A stretch of 64,000 nt of DNA, taken from a virus. Taxonomy: Duplodnaviria; Caudoviricetes. This document shows, piece after piece, positions 44,906 through 53,848 of this stretch. The stretch spans positions 9,989 to 73,988 of IMG/VR virus record IMGVR_UViG_3300020577_010873; one strand, given 5' to 3'. The notes below the pieces were generated by a model. It worked only from the letters and a program-made list of their open reading frames with translations. It was not told where the DNA came from and did no database searches. A program made the position numbers and the translations under genes. Each line of letters opens with the position of its first letter. Positions within the stretch are counted from its first letter, which is position 1.

Positions 44906-45387
44906 ATGAAGCGTTGTTTCAAATGCGGCAATACTTTGCCGTTAGACGACTTCTACAGCCATCCACAGATGGCAGATGGCAGACTTGGCAAGTGCAAGGC
45001 ATGCACCAAAACGGACGTTGCCAATCGCGTTTCAATACTCAAAGCCGATCCGGCGGGGTTGCCCAAGAGCGGGCGCGCTGTCGCGCCAAACAACTCGCGT
45101 ATCGCATGATCGGAAAGGTGACGCTGTCACCGGGCGCGCAAGCGAGATGGTCCATCAAGTATCCCGAAAAACGCATGGCTCAACAGCAGGCACGCCGGGC
45201 GCTGTTGTCTGGCCGTATTCAGCGCAAGACCTCCTGCGAGCACTGCGGTTATGCGGGGAAGTTGCAAATGCACCACCCCGACTACTCGAAACCACTTGAA
45301 GTCGTCTTCCTGTGTACCAAGTGCCACGGGAAGGCTCATTGGAAAGACAACCAACCCCAAAACCCATGGCATCCAAGAACACACTGA
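44906..45387 (+). pseudogene. Zn-finger/HNH-like phage protein split by a 1-bp frameshift
   Basis: N-part MKRCFKCG...GKCKAC and C-part CEHCG...HHPDYSKPLEVVFLCTKCH are in different frames that join if one base is added at GGGG 45055-45058. Confidence 0.65.
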
Positions 45388-45641
45388 AACTCCGTGCCGA
45401 GCTTCCTCGGCTTCACCCCACCCCGCTCGGCGAGTACCTCTGCTCCACCCAAGGCGAGTGGCGTCGGGACAAGAGTAAGAAGGACATCGTGTCCCGCGAC
45501 GGGCGCGAGTACCGGCTGCTCGATTCGGGCCAACTGATCCGGCTGGACCGAGCGCCGCGCGAACGTGGGTTGAAGCCGCACCCGCGCCGACCCAAGTCTG
45601 GCAACTCCATGTTGTTCGGACGGACCCGACTCAAGCACTGA
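45366..45641 (+). CDS. Hypothetical basic protein
   Basis: MASKNTLKLRAELP..., 91 aa; A/C-rich leader. Confidence 0.5.
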   Translation: MASKNTLKLRAELPRLHPTPLGEYLCSTQGEWRRDKSKKDIVSRDGREYRLLDSGQLIRLDRAPRERGLKPHPRRPKSGNSMLFGRTRLKH

Positions 45642-45668
45642 CTTCCAACCCAACCCTAAATCCCAACC

Positions 45669-46097
45669 ATGAAAGAGATCACCGAGCAGGAGTTCCACAG
45701 TCACCTTGAACACGGGGCGGCGATTGAGCACGCGACCAAAACCATCATGCGCGACCCGACCGTTCTGTATCGGAGAGGCGACATATCGACCTGCGCCGAA
45801 TGGGTGTTCGAGTGCTACGTCGAGAAACGAACGCAGGAGCGATGGATGCGGGCGGACAAGTGGAAGGAGTGGACCAAGCGCATGTCGTCTTCGTACAAGC
45901 AGTCGAAGATTCGCCGCGCCGAGCAGAAGCAGCGCATCCTTCGTCCGGCTTTCGGCTTCATCTACGCGGTGAAGCGATACCTCGCCCGTGGCATGACGAC
46001 TGCGCAGATCGCGGACATGACGCAGAAGCCGGAGTCGGAGGTGATCGCCGCCCGCAACGTCTTCAACCGGGATTTCTCCCAACCTCAACCCAAGTAA
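45669..46097 (+). CDS. Hypothetical protein with C-terminal HTH-like segment
   Basis: GMTTAQIADMTQKPESEV; phage-like codon usage. Confidence 0.65.
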   Translation: MKEITEQEFHSHLEHGAAIEHATKTIMRDPTVLYRRGDISTCAEWVFECYVEKRTQERWMRADKWKEWTKRMSSSYKQSKIRRAEQKQRILRPAFGFIYAVKRYLARGMTTAQIADMTQKPESEVIAARNVFNRDFSQPQPK

Positions 46098-46124
46098 CCC
46101 ACACCCAACCCAAACCCAAAAACC

Positions 46125-46796
46125 ATGAATCAGAAGATCGAAAAGAAACCCATCAGGCACGAGTTCACCAAGGAAGAACTCCTACGCCTGGGCGAGCAAC
46201 TGTCGGCCGCTCTGTCGGACTACCGGGCGATCGACAACGAGTTCACCAGCATCAAGTCGCAGTACAAGTCGCGCCTCGACACGAAGGAAGCCGAGGCCGC
46301 GTTGTTCGGAGACAAGATCCAGTCGAAGTTCGAAATGCGCGAGATGAGCGTCTTCGCCGTCTACCGGGCGAAGGACGGCCTGAAGGACTACTACGCCGAG
46401 GGCGTGGACCCGAAGGCCAAGGACGCGGTGGTGCTGCTGACCGAGACCATGGATCCCAGCGACTACCAAGTCGAGCTGATCCAGAACAAGGCGCAGTTCG
46501 AGAACGTGGTAGAGATCAACCTGTGGCCGATCGCGGAGGAGTCGTACGGCAAGCTCTGCCTCGGTCGACACGAGGGCCAGTGGTACACCGCGCTGGACCT
46601 GCGGGTGGGCGGCAACTCCATCTCGGAGCGCCTGGACGTGGAAGGCCATTCGTACAAGCAGCGTAAGGACGCGGTGGCCAAGGGTGGGAAGCGGGCGAAG
46701 GAGTGGCTGCTCCGCGAGTTGGGCAAGGAAACGGCCAAGGGCTTCGAGAACGCCATCCGCGACGCCGTGGAGTCGCAGAAGGAGGTGGTGGAGTGA
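46125..46796 (+). CDS. Hypothetical protein
   Basis: 223 aa; strong codon bias; GTGA-coupled to the next gene. Confidence 0.75.
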   Translation: MNQKIEKKPIRHEFTKEELLRLGEQLSAALSDYRAIDNEFTSIKSQYKSRLDTKEAEAALFGDKIQSKFEMREMSVFAVYRAKDGLKDYYAEGVDPKAKDAVVLLTETMDPSDYQVELIQNKAQFENVVEINLWPIAEESYGKLCLGRHEGQWYTALDLRVGGNSISERLDVEGHSYKQRKDAVAKGGKRAKEWLLRELGKETAKGFENAIRDAVESQKEVVE

Positions 46797-47557
46797 GCAC
46801 CGAGACCACCGCCATCGTCCTCAGCGGGTTCGACGAACCGAAACTCGCGATGGACAGTCAGTTCGCCGAGGCCAAGGCCCAGGCGCTCGAACGCGCCAGG
46901 GGTATCGGCGCCGTCGAAAGCCCCATGCAACAGGGGTTCGCCACCGAAGTCCTGTCCGGACTGAACTCGATGATCCGAACGATCGAGAAGTCCCGCAAGG
47001 ACGTGAAGGAACGACCGTTCGAACTGTGCAAGCGCATCGACGCCATCGCCCGTCAGGCGTCGTCGGACCTCGAGCTCGCAGCCCGGGACATCAGCCTGAA
47101 GCTCGGGGCGTACCAGAAGAAGCTGGACGACGAGGCTGCCCGTCTCCGCCGGGTGGAACAGGAGCGACTTGCGGAGATCGAGCGACAGAAGCAGGCGGAG
47201 ATTGCCCGAGCCGCGGCTGAGGCTGCGGAGGAGGCGAAGAACAAGACGGCGGAGGAGGTTCGTCAGGCCGTCACCAAGGCCACGCAGGCGGTGGTGGAGG
47301 CAGCCCAAGTGGCGACTCAGAACGTGCTCTGCCAGAACCTCGCGGCGACGGTGCCGCGCAAGGTCGAAGGTCAGGTGGTGCGCCGGCCGTGGAAGTACGA
47401 GGTCGTGGACATCCGCGCCCTCTACGCCGCCCGACCCGACCTCGTCACGCTCTCCGAGAAAGCATCGGAGATCAACTCGCTCATCCGCGGCGACGACGGA
47501 CTGCGCGAAATCCCGGGCCTCCGCATCTTCCAGGCCGTGGAGGTCTCGACACGATGA
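46793..47557 (+). CDS. Coiled-coil phage protein (Gp157/Gam-like architecture)
   Basis: Long coiled coil plus C-terminal WKYEVVDI...IPGLRIF; GTG start at 46793. Confidence 0.6.
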   Translation: MSTETTAIVLSGFDEPKLAMDSQFAEAKAQALERARGIGAVESPMQQGFATEVLSGLNSMIRTIEKSRKDVKERPFELCKRIDAIARQASSDLELAARDISLKLGAYQKKLDDEAARLRRVEQERLAEIERQKQAEIARAAAEAAEEAKNKTAEEVRQAVTKATQAVVEAAQVATQNVLCQNLAATVPRKVEGQVVRRPWKYEVVDIRALYAARPDLVTLSEKASEINSLIRGDDGLREIPGLRIFQAVEVSTR

Positions 47558-47826
47558 ACCCGATGACACTAGATGCGGAAATGGTCGTCGCGGCGTACGC
47601 GCAGTGGTTCGTTGTTTCGGCCATCTGTTGGTCCATCGCTTCACTGGCTGCCCTGTTTTTTGGATTCGGCGTGGCCACCACCAAGGATGCGGATGAACAC
47701 GCTATCGTCTTTGGGTTAGTGATCCTTGTCATGGGGGTGATTGGCCTGTGCCACAACCTCCCAACGGCTATTCATCCACGGGGATACGCCATACACCAAC
47801 TCATCACGGACACTCACTCCAAATGA
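47554..47826 (+). CDS. Small two-TM membrane protein
   Basis: Two hydrophobic helices; ATGA-coupled at both ends. Confidence 0.6.
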   Translation: MNPMTLDAEMVVAAYAQWFVVSAICWSIASLAALFFGFGVATTKDADEHAIVFGLVILVMGVIGLCHNLPTAIHPRGYAIHQLITDTHSK

Positions 47827-48155
47827 GCGCCCGCCAACCCAGTACCCTCGAACGCGACTTCATGTTCCGCTGGCGGGCAATCAACGGCCCGGCGTACGAA
47901 CCGGAGTTCAAGTTCCATCCCGAACGACGGTGGCGATTCGACTTCGCCTTCCCCAAGGCCAAGGTCGCGATCGAACTCGAAGGGGGGCACTGGACCAACG
48001 GTCGCCACACCCGCGGCTCCGGATTCGAAGCCGACTGCTCCAAGTACAACGAGGCGGCGCTGGCCGGCTGGACCGTCTTCCGGCTGACCAGCGGCCTCAT
48101 CCCTCTGCCGTACCTCGAACGTATTGCGTTGCACATCAAGTGCAGGACGCCGTAA
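47823..48155 (+). CDS. Vsr/DUF559-like PD-(D/E)xK endonuclease
   Basis: EFKFHPERRWRFDFAFP...AIELEGG...DCSKYNEAALAGWTVFR. Confidence 0.85.
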   Translation: MSARQPSTLERDFMFRWRAINGPAYEPEFKFHPERRWRFDFAFPKAKVAIELEGGHWTNGRHTRGSGFEADCSKYNEAALAGWTVFRLTSGLIPLPYLERIALHIKCRTP

Positions 48156-48167
48156 CTGAACCACGCA

Positions 48168-48836
48168 ATGCTCTCCGACCCCAAATCCTCCACGGAGACC
48201 GTCCAAGTAGGCCAATGCACACTCATCCACGGTGATGCGCTTCAATGCCTTCCCGTTCAGGCGAACGTCGTAATCACGGATCCGGTGTGGCCAAACTGCC
48301 CACCCGGCTTGCTCGCCGGATCCGACGGCCTTCAACACGGATTGCTCTACGGAGCCCTGGCGGCGATGGACGGCGCCAGGACGTGGGTGGTGATTCTTGG
48401 TTTCGACTCTGATCCCAGGTGGCTGAACCGGGCGGTCCCTTCGAATAAGCCGTTCATCAGAACACAGTCGTTGCCGTACGCCGTTCCAGGCTATCGAGGT
48501 AGACTGCTTGGTGGAGACGAGATTGCGTACGCGTTCGGAGCCATCCCTCCGGGTCGCGGCCTGATACCTGGGAGGGTTACGACGGAAGTTAAGCCCAAGT
48601 CGAAGCGCAAAGTGAACCACCCTTGCCCGCGAAGCCCGGTTCACATGGCGGCTTTGGTGCGGTGGTGGTCGGTGGACACCGATACGGTTTTGGACCCGTT
48701 CATGGGATCCGGAACCACTGGCATCGCCTGCGTGCGTGGTGCTCGACGGTTTATCGGAATCGAGCGCGACGCCACCCATTTCGCAACAGCCGTCGACCGC
48801 ATTCGCCGCGAGGTTTCACAAGGAAGGCTTCTATGA
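48168..48836 (+). CDS. N4/N6 DNA methyltransferase (beta-class) with DPVW motif IV
   Basis: VITDPVW precedes HPCPR and LDPFMGSGTTG (motif I). Confidence 0.8.
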   Translation: MLSDPKSSTETVQVGQCTLIHGDALQCLPVQANVVITDPVWPNCPPGLLAGSDGLQHGLLYGALAAMDGARTWVVILGFDSDPRWLNRAVPSNKPFIRTQSLPYAVPGYRGRLLGGDEIAYAFGAIPPGRGLIPGRVTTEVKPKSKRKVNHPCPRSPVHMAALVRWWSVDTDTVLDPFMGSGTTGIACVRGARRFIGIERDATHFATAVDRIRREVSQGRLL

Positions 48837-50029
48837 GAATCCGCACCATCAAGCCGGAGTTTTGGACGGACTCCCTAATGGTATCCATGCCGAGGGATGT
48901 CCGATTGCTCTACATAGGGCTGTGGAATGTGTCCGATGATCACGGGTGGCTCCCTGACGACGCCAACCAAATCAAGATGCTCCTATTCCCTGGCGACCCC
49001 GACGCAAAGGTGTCGCTCTGGTTGGAGACACTCATCGCCGCAGATAGGCTGGAAAGGTTCCTTACACCAGAAGGACGCACGGTGCTAAGAATCCCCCACT
49101 GGAAGGAGCACCAGCGAGTTGATCACCCATCGAATTCAAAGTTGGCTCGCGAGGGCTCGCGAAAGCTCGCGATACCTAACGAGGTTCGCCGAGGGGTTGC
49201 CAGGAAGTACGGATGCTCTCCTGGGATGGAGATTGAGGCTGAGTGTTATTTCTGTGGAGCAAAGGGGTTGATCCACTGGTTCGATCAGCCGGCTGGGTGG
49301 GTTATTTTCCCGGATCTTGAGTTGGACCACTTTACTCCAGAAAGCTCTGGCGGAGATGGATCTGTGGAAAACATCGTGCTGTCTTGCAGGGCGTGCAATC
49401 GAGGTAGGCACGCCGCATCTCCGTTTGATTTTTTTGACAAGTTATCACTGAAATTCGCGAGGGCTCGCGAGGGCTCGCGCCTGAATGGATCAGGGAATGG
49501 ATCAGGGATCAGGGATCAGGGATCTTCGTCTCCTCCGTACAATGAAGATCCTAAAGAGGAGCAGCCCGAGACGCCAAACGGTGACGTGACGGATGCGCTG
49601 AGGGCTGTCGAAGCCGTCTGGTCGGTCTGGCCGAAGAAGGTGAAGACGCTGGAGGCGAAGATGGCGATTCGGACGGCCATCGCCCGGGACGGGCTGGATG
49701 TGGTTCTGTCCGGAACCAAGGCGATTGTCGCGGCCCACGGGCATCAGGGTCCGACCCCCGGGCGATTCCTCCCCGACCCCGTCCTGTTCTTCGGCAACTC
49801 CCGCTACCTCGACGACCCGGCGCAGTACGCCCCACGGGAGGCCGTGCAGTCCAAGGCATCGGTCATGGCCGAGATCAAGCTGTTGGAGGAGGCCTACGCC
49901 AAACATCCGGCAAACCCCCCTGCCGCCGGCTACATCCGCGAGAACGTGACCCAGGCCATGCGGGACGAACTTGAGGCCCTTCGCCAGAAGCTCGCGAAGG
50001 CAAAAGCCGCTCTCTCCACCCTCGGATGA
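48833..50029 (+). CDS. Phage replication initiator with internal HNH domain
   Basis: MRIRTIKPEFW N-terminus; CYFCG...LELDHFTPESSGG...NIVLSCRACNRGR HNH; C-terminal VWPKK...FLPDP; directly upstream of dnaB. Confidence 0.85.
   Translation: MRIRTIKPEFWTDSLMVSMPRDVRLLYIGLWNVSDDHGWLPDDANQIKMLLFPGDPDAKVSLWLETLIAADRLERFLTPEGRTVLRIPHWKEHQRVDHPSNSKLAREGSRKLAIPNEVRRGVARKYGCSPGMEIEAECYFCGAKGLIHWFDQPAGWVIFPDLELDHFTPESSGGDGSVENIVLSCRACNRGRHAASPFDFFDKLSLKFARAREGSRLNGSGNGSGIRDQGSSSPPYNEDPKEEQPETPNGDVTDALRAVEAVWSVWPKKVKTLEAKMAIRTAIARDGLDVVLSGTKAIVAAHGHQGPTPGRFLPDPVLFFGNSRYLDDPAQYAPREAVQSKASVMAEIKLLEEAYAKHPANPPAAGYIRENVTQAMRDELEALRQKLAKAKAALSTLG
49145..49172 (+). repeat. Three GCTCGCGA copies at 10-bp period (iteron-like)
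   Basis: 49145-52, 49155-62, 49165-72. Confidence 0.7.
49454..49523 (+). repeat. Second 10-bp-period triplet plus GGATCAGG repeats (iteron-like)
   Basis: TTCGCGA 49454-60, GCTCGCGA 49463-70, GCTCGCGC 49473-80, then four GGATCAGG copies. Confidence 0.65.
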
Positions 50030-50083
50030 GGTCAGGACGCTCCCAGCGAAGCCCCTGACCCCTACGTCTTGCGTTTACCACAC

Positions 50084-51478
50084 ATGTCTGACGCCAAAAA
50101 ACAGCCCTCGGGCCCCCTGGACCGCCTGCCGCCCCACTCGGAGGAGGCCGAGCGGGGGATTTTGGGGTGCCTCATGACCGACCCGTGGGTGGCCTTCCCC
50201 GAGGCGACCCGGGCGGTTCCCCGGCTGGACGCGACGATTTTCTACGACCTCCGGCATCAGGCGATCTTCGCCGCCCTGGTTTCGATGTACGACCAGTCGA
50301 TGCCGATCGACCTGATCACGGTGCAGCAGCGGTTGCGGGAGCACGGGCAGTTGGAGGCCGTGGGCGGTCTGACCTACCTGAACCAGATCCTCGACTGCAT
50401 CCCCTCGGCTTCGAACATCGGCTACTACCTCGAAATCGCGGTGGAGAAGCAGAAGACCCGCCGGGTGATCCAAGTCTGTTCCGCCGCGGTGTGCAGGGCC
50501 TACGAGGAGGCGTCGGAGGTTGAGACGGTCATCCACGACGTGGAGAGCGAGATCCTGAAGATCAAGGACGGGCAGGCCACGGAGTTCGTCCGGGGCGCCC
50601 GGCTGTCCGAACTGGTGATGAACCGGATCGACCGGGAGCACAACGACCAGCGCACCGGGATTTTCAGCGGCCTCGGGGACTTGGACCGGCTGACCGGCGG
50701 GTGGCAGGAGGGTGAGATCGTGGTGCTCGCCGGTCGTCCGGCGGCGGGAAAGACCGCCCTGGCGCTCCAGATCGCGCTCCACAACGCGGTCGAACTCGGG
50801 ATTCCCGTTGGAATCTTCTCCCTGGAGATGATGGCCGAAGCCCTGGGCATCCGGATGACCGCGAACTTGGCGGACGTGGACTCCCGGGCGGCGAGGGACC
50901 ACCTGCTGGACGAGCGGGACATCCCGAAGCTGGTCAACGCGGTGGGGCGACTCAGGGACTCGAAGCTGGTGATCGACGAGAACAGCGACCACGACATCCG
51001 GAGCATCAGGGCCGCGGCCCGACGTATGGCCCACGACGACCACGTGAAGCTCCTGATCGTCGACTACGTGCAACTCGTGGGCGGGGTGTCGCGCAAGGCC
51101 GCGGACAACCGTCAGGCGGAGGTGGCGGAGGTGTCGACCGGGCTGAAGCGCATGGCCAAGGAACTCCGGATCCCCGTGATCGTCCTAGCCCAACTCAACC
51201 GTGAGGCGGAGAAGCGGGATGGCAAGCCCCGCATGTCCGACCTGAACGAGAGCGGGCGCATCGAGGCCGACGCGTCGTTTGTGGGGATTCTCTACCGCGC
51301 CACCCAGGACCCGGTGAAGCAGGAGGAGGAGAACATCCGGAAGATCGTTCCGGTGAACATGTTCGTTCCGAAACAGCGCGAGGGCGACTCGGGGAACGAC
51401 GTGCGCTTGGTCTTCCACAAGCGGGTCCAACGATTCACCGGAGCGGCGAAGGTTTCGGACGAGGACATCCCACGATGA
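50084..51478 (+). CDS. dnaB: Replicative DNA helicase
   Basis: LPPHSEEAERGILG; LAGRPAAGKT, IFSLEM, IVDYVQL, LAQLNRE, DLNESGRIEADA. Confidence 0.95.
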   Translation: MSDAKKQPSGPLDRLPPHSEEAERGILGCLMTDPWVAFPEATRAVPRLDATIFYDLRHQAIFAALVSMYDQSMPIDLITVQQRLREHGQLEAVGGLTYLNQILDCIPSASNIGYYLEIAVEKQKTRRVIQVCSAAVCRAYEEASEVETVIHDVESEILKIKDGQATEFVRGARLSELVMNRIDREHNDQRTGIFSGLGDLDRLTGGWQEGEIVVLAGRPAAGKTALALQIALHNAVELGIPVGIFSLEMMAEALGIRMTANLADVDSRAARDHLLDERDIPKLVNAVGRLRDSKLVIDENSDHDIRSIRAAARRMAHDDHVKLLIVDYVQLVGGVSRKAADNRQAEVAEVSTGLKRMAKELRIPVIVLAQLNREAEKRDGKPRMSDLNESGRIEADASFVGILYRATQDPVKQEEENIRKIVPVNMFVPKQREGDSGNDVRLVFHKRVQRFTGAAKVSDEDIPR

Positions 51479-51990
51479 ACGAGAACCAGATCATCCAGCG
51501 CATCATGGCCGAACGGTATCGCCGTTCCACCGTGTGCCCGCGCTACACCCCGACCCGCTGGTGGGAGTGCGACGTGTTCGAACTGACGGAGGCCGGGTTC
51601 TTCCGCGAGTACGAGGTGAAGATCAGCAAGGGAGACTTCGCGGCCGACCGCCTGAAGGACCGAACGGTCAGGCCATACGAATCCCACATGCCGAACGCCG
51701 CGCGTGAGACCAAGCACAGCCTGTTGGCCAACGGATCGACCGACGGCCAGGTTCAGTTCTGGTACGTCACGCCCGCGGAGTTGGTGGACGTGGATGAGAT
51801 CCCCACCTGGGCCGGGCTGATATGGGTCCGGCAATCCCAGTGGGGAAACCTCGTGGAGATTCCGAGGCGACAAGCCCCACGCCTGCACAACCAGAAGGCG
51901 CCGTCGGTCGTCCGCAACCACCTTACCGGCATCTTCTACTACCGATTCCACGACGCGTTCCAAGCGGCGTTCAAACCCAAAACCCAATGA
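51475..51990 (+). CDS. MmcB-like PD-(D/E)xK protein
   Basis: ECDV...EYEVKISKGDFAAD...FWYVTP...PTWAGLI. Confidence 0.7.
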   Translation: MNENQIIQRIMAERYRRSTVCPRYTPTRWWECDVFELTEAGFFREYEVKISKGDFAADRLKDRTVRPYESHMPNAARETKHSLLANGSTDGQVQFWYVTPAELVDVDEIPTWAGLIWVRQSQWGNLVEIPRRQAPRLHNQKAPSVVRNHLTGIFYYRFHDAFQAAFKPKTQ

Positions 51991-52118
51991 AAAAATCCAA
52001 GGGCGAAATCATCATCGACGCGGTGGTCAGGGCCGCGGCGATCAATCGAGTCATCGTCGGAATCGACGGAACCACAACCTTCGTGTGGGAGGCCAACTCC
52101 CCGGAGGTGAAGCCGTGA
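51987..52118 (+). CDS. Hypothetical protein (43 aa)
   Basis: ATGA and GTGA coupling at both ends. Confidence 0.5.
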   Translation: MKKSKGEIIIDAVVRAAAINRVIVGIDGTTTFVWEANSPEVKP

Positions 52119-52394
52119 GTGCGCTGGAGCAACTGGCGAAGCGCATCCCGTTCAAAATGGTGATGCACATGAACTGCACCACGGTTCACTACCTCGACTA
52201 CATCAACGAGCCACTGAACCTCGCGTGTTGCATCACGACCAAGTACCGGAACGGAAAGCCGGGAAAGGCGGTTCGTGAATTTGGGATCAATGAGAAGAAG
52301 GCCAAGTCGTACAAGACTCTGGACGCACTGCTCGAAGCTCACCCCGAAATCGCGAAGAAGGCGCAGGAGCTTTATCCGGAGGTGAAGCCGTGAG
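52101..52394 (+). repeat. 19-bp direct repeat CCGGAGGTGAAGCCGTGAG flanking one gene
   Basis: Identical copies at 52101-52119 and 52376-52394. Confidence 0.85.
52115..52393 (+). CDS. Hypothetical protein (92 aa) between the direct repeats
   Basis: GTG start after GGAGGTGA; ends PEVKP like the upstream gene. Confidence 0.65.
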   Translation: MSALEQLAKRIPFKMVMHMNCTTVHYLDYINEPLNLACCITTKYRNGKPGKAVREFGINEKKAKSYKTLDALLEAHPEIAKKAQELYPEVKP

Positions 52395-52698
52395 CCTCGC
52401 CATTGCCCAGTCCGCTTTCTCCCGCTGCGTCGAAGCCGCGTCCCGCGTCTGGTACATCTCGCCCGAGGCTATCACCAGCCAGCGGAGGTCCATGTGGGAG
52501 GTTGTCCCTCGCTTCGCCTGCTACCGATACCTCCGCGAACTCGGCTTCTCCTACACCGTCATCCGCGACGTGATGGAGCGAAAGGACCACGGGGCCGTGA
52601 TGAACGGATGCGCGAAGTTCCAGCACATGCTCGAAACCGACCAGAAGATCCTCCGGCAGTGGGAGGAGTTCAAACGCCTGATCCAGCAAAACCCATGA
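52390..52698 (+). CDS. Stand-alone DnaA domain IV-like HTH protein
   Basis: ISPEAITSQRR...PRFACYRYLRELGFSYTVIRDVMERKDHGAVMNGCAKF resembles the DnaA C-terminal pattern. Confidence 0.7.
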   Translation: MSLAIAQSAFSRCVEAASRVWYISPEAITSQRRSMWEVVPRFACYRYLRELGFSYTVIRDVMERKDHGAVMNGCAKFQHMLETDQKILRQWEEFKRLIQQNP

Positions 52699-53186
52699 AA
52701 CCCGAAGACCTCGTCAAAGGCACACGCCTCATCAAGAAAGGCGTCCGACCGGAGCACCAGCGCCGGTACACCGTCGAACTCACGGCGAAGGAGCACTGGG
52801 GGCACCTGATGCTCTACCTCCGGAACGAAAGCACCCAGCAACTCAAGCACGTGAAGGTCCAGAACGTGCTGGAGAACTTCGAGTTGGCGGACGCTCGCGA
52901 GTCGGACGACCAGTACGTCCAGAAGCTCAAGGACCAACTCGAACGTGCGTGCCTCGATCGCGATGCGCTGAAGGCCGAACTCGCCGAACGCAACGCCACA
53001 TCCGATGCCGAGATCATTCAACGCCTTGGTGCGGACCTTGGCGCCGCTCAAGCCAGACTGGACAAGGCCATCTTGGACCGCGATGCCGAGCACCGCCTGC
53101 GCCTCGAAGCCGAGGCGTCGCTCCTCCGACTCCAGCGCGAGTTCGAGGCGTTCAAGGTCGGTGTCGCTCACATAATTGACGGATAA
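52695..53186 (+). CDS. Hypothetical coiled-coil protein
   Basis: Start at ATG 52695; heptad-rich C-half. Confidence 0.65.
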   Translation: MKPEDLVKGTRLIKKGVRPEHQRRYTVELTAKEHWGHLMLYLRNESTQQLKHVKVQNVLENFELADARESDDQYVQKLKDQLERACLDRDALKAELAERNATSDAEIIQRLGADLGAAQARLDKAILDRDAEHRLRLEAEASLLRLQREFEAFKVGVAHIIDG

Positions 53187-53189
53187 CTC

Positions 53190-53420
53190 ATGAAAACCTA
53201 CTACATCGTGTTCGTGCGCCCCGTTGGGTCGTCCTGCTGGACCAGCGAGCGCATCGCAACCACCGAAGCCATGGCAGAGCAGTACGCCGAGGAGGAGCGA
53301 AACAGGAAGATCAGGTTCGCTGACGGCAGCGTCCATCTTCAATCGACGGCCATTGTCAGCGTCAATCTGCCGGACTCCCCCGATCGGTGGGTCAATGGCT
53401 ATAACCTTGTCGACGAATGA
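53190..53420 (+). CDS. Hypothetical protein
   Basis: 76 aa; coupled to the next gene. Confidence 0.55.
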   Translation: MKTYYIVFVRPVGSSCWTSERIATTEAMAEQYAEEERNRKIRFADGSVHLQSTAIVSVNLPDSPDRWVNGYNLVDE

Positions 53421-53638
53421 AAACCCCCACGTACGAAACCGCGGAGTGCCCGCACTGCCGGCGCCAGTTCAAGCGCATCGCCAACGTCTCGCGCAAACGA
53501 CGCTGCTGCTACAGGTCGAAATGCCAAGCCATCGCAAAGCTCGGCCGCGAAAAACCCGTGTCGCTCGATTCCATCCCGAACTCCGGCGGCTCGTTCTTCC
53601 AACAGCAAAACCAGTATCACGGAGGGTTCACAACATGA
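53417..53638 (+). CDS. Small Cys-rich (Zn-ribbon-like) protein
   Basis: CPHC...CCYRSKC. Confidence 0.55.
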   Translation: MKTPTYETAECPHCRRQFKRIANVSRKRRCCYRSKCQAIAKLGREKPVSLDSIPNSGGSFFQQQNQYHGGFTT

Positions 53639-53848
53639 TGCGTCACCACATGATGCGCCAAGTGTTCGAAGCATTGCGCTCAGGCGAGCGCGTGGAGCAA
53701 CTGCACGAGTGCTCATCCGAGAAGTGCAGCGCCCCGGCATGGTCGAGGCCCTGACCATCGACTTCCTGGGCGTGCAGTACCGGGTCGCCTACTGGGACAA
53801 CTCCGACCGAAAAACCGTCTGGCTCAAGGAAGACGAAATCGAACCGCG

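Noticed and set aside
49145-52394. Short repeats considered as CRISPR or DGR elements
   Set aside because: No repeat-spacer periodicity, no cas or reverse-transcriptase gene recognised, and no template/variable repeat pair noticed.
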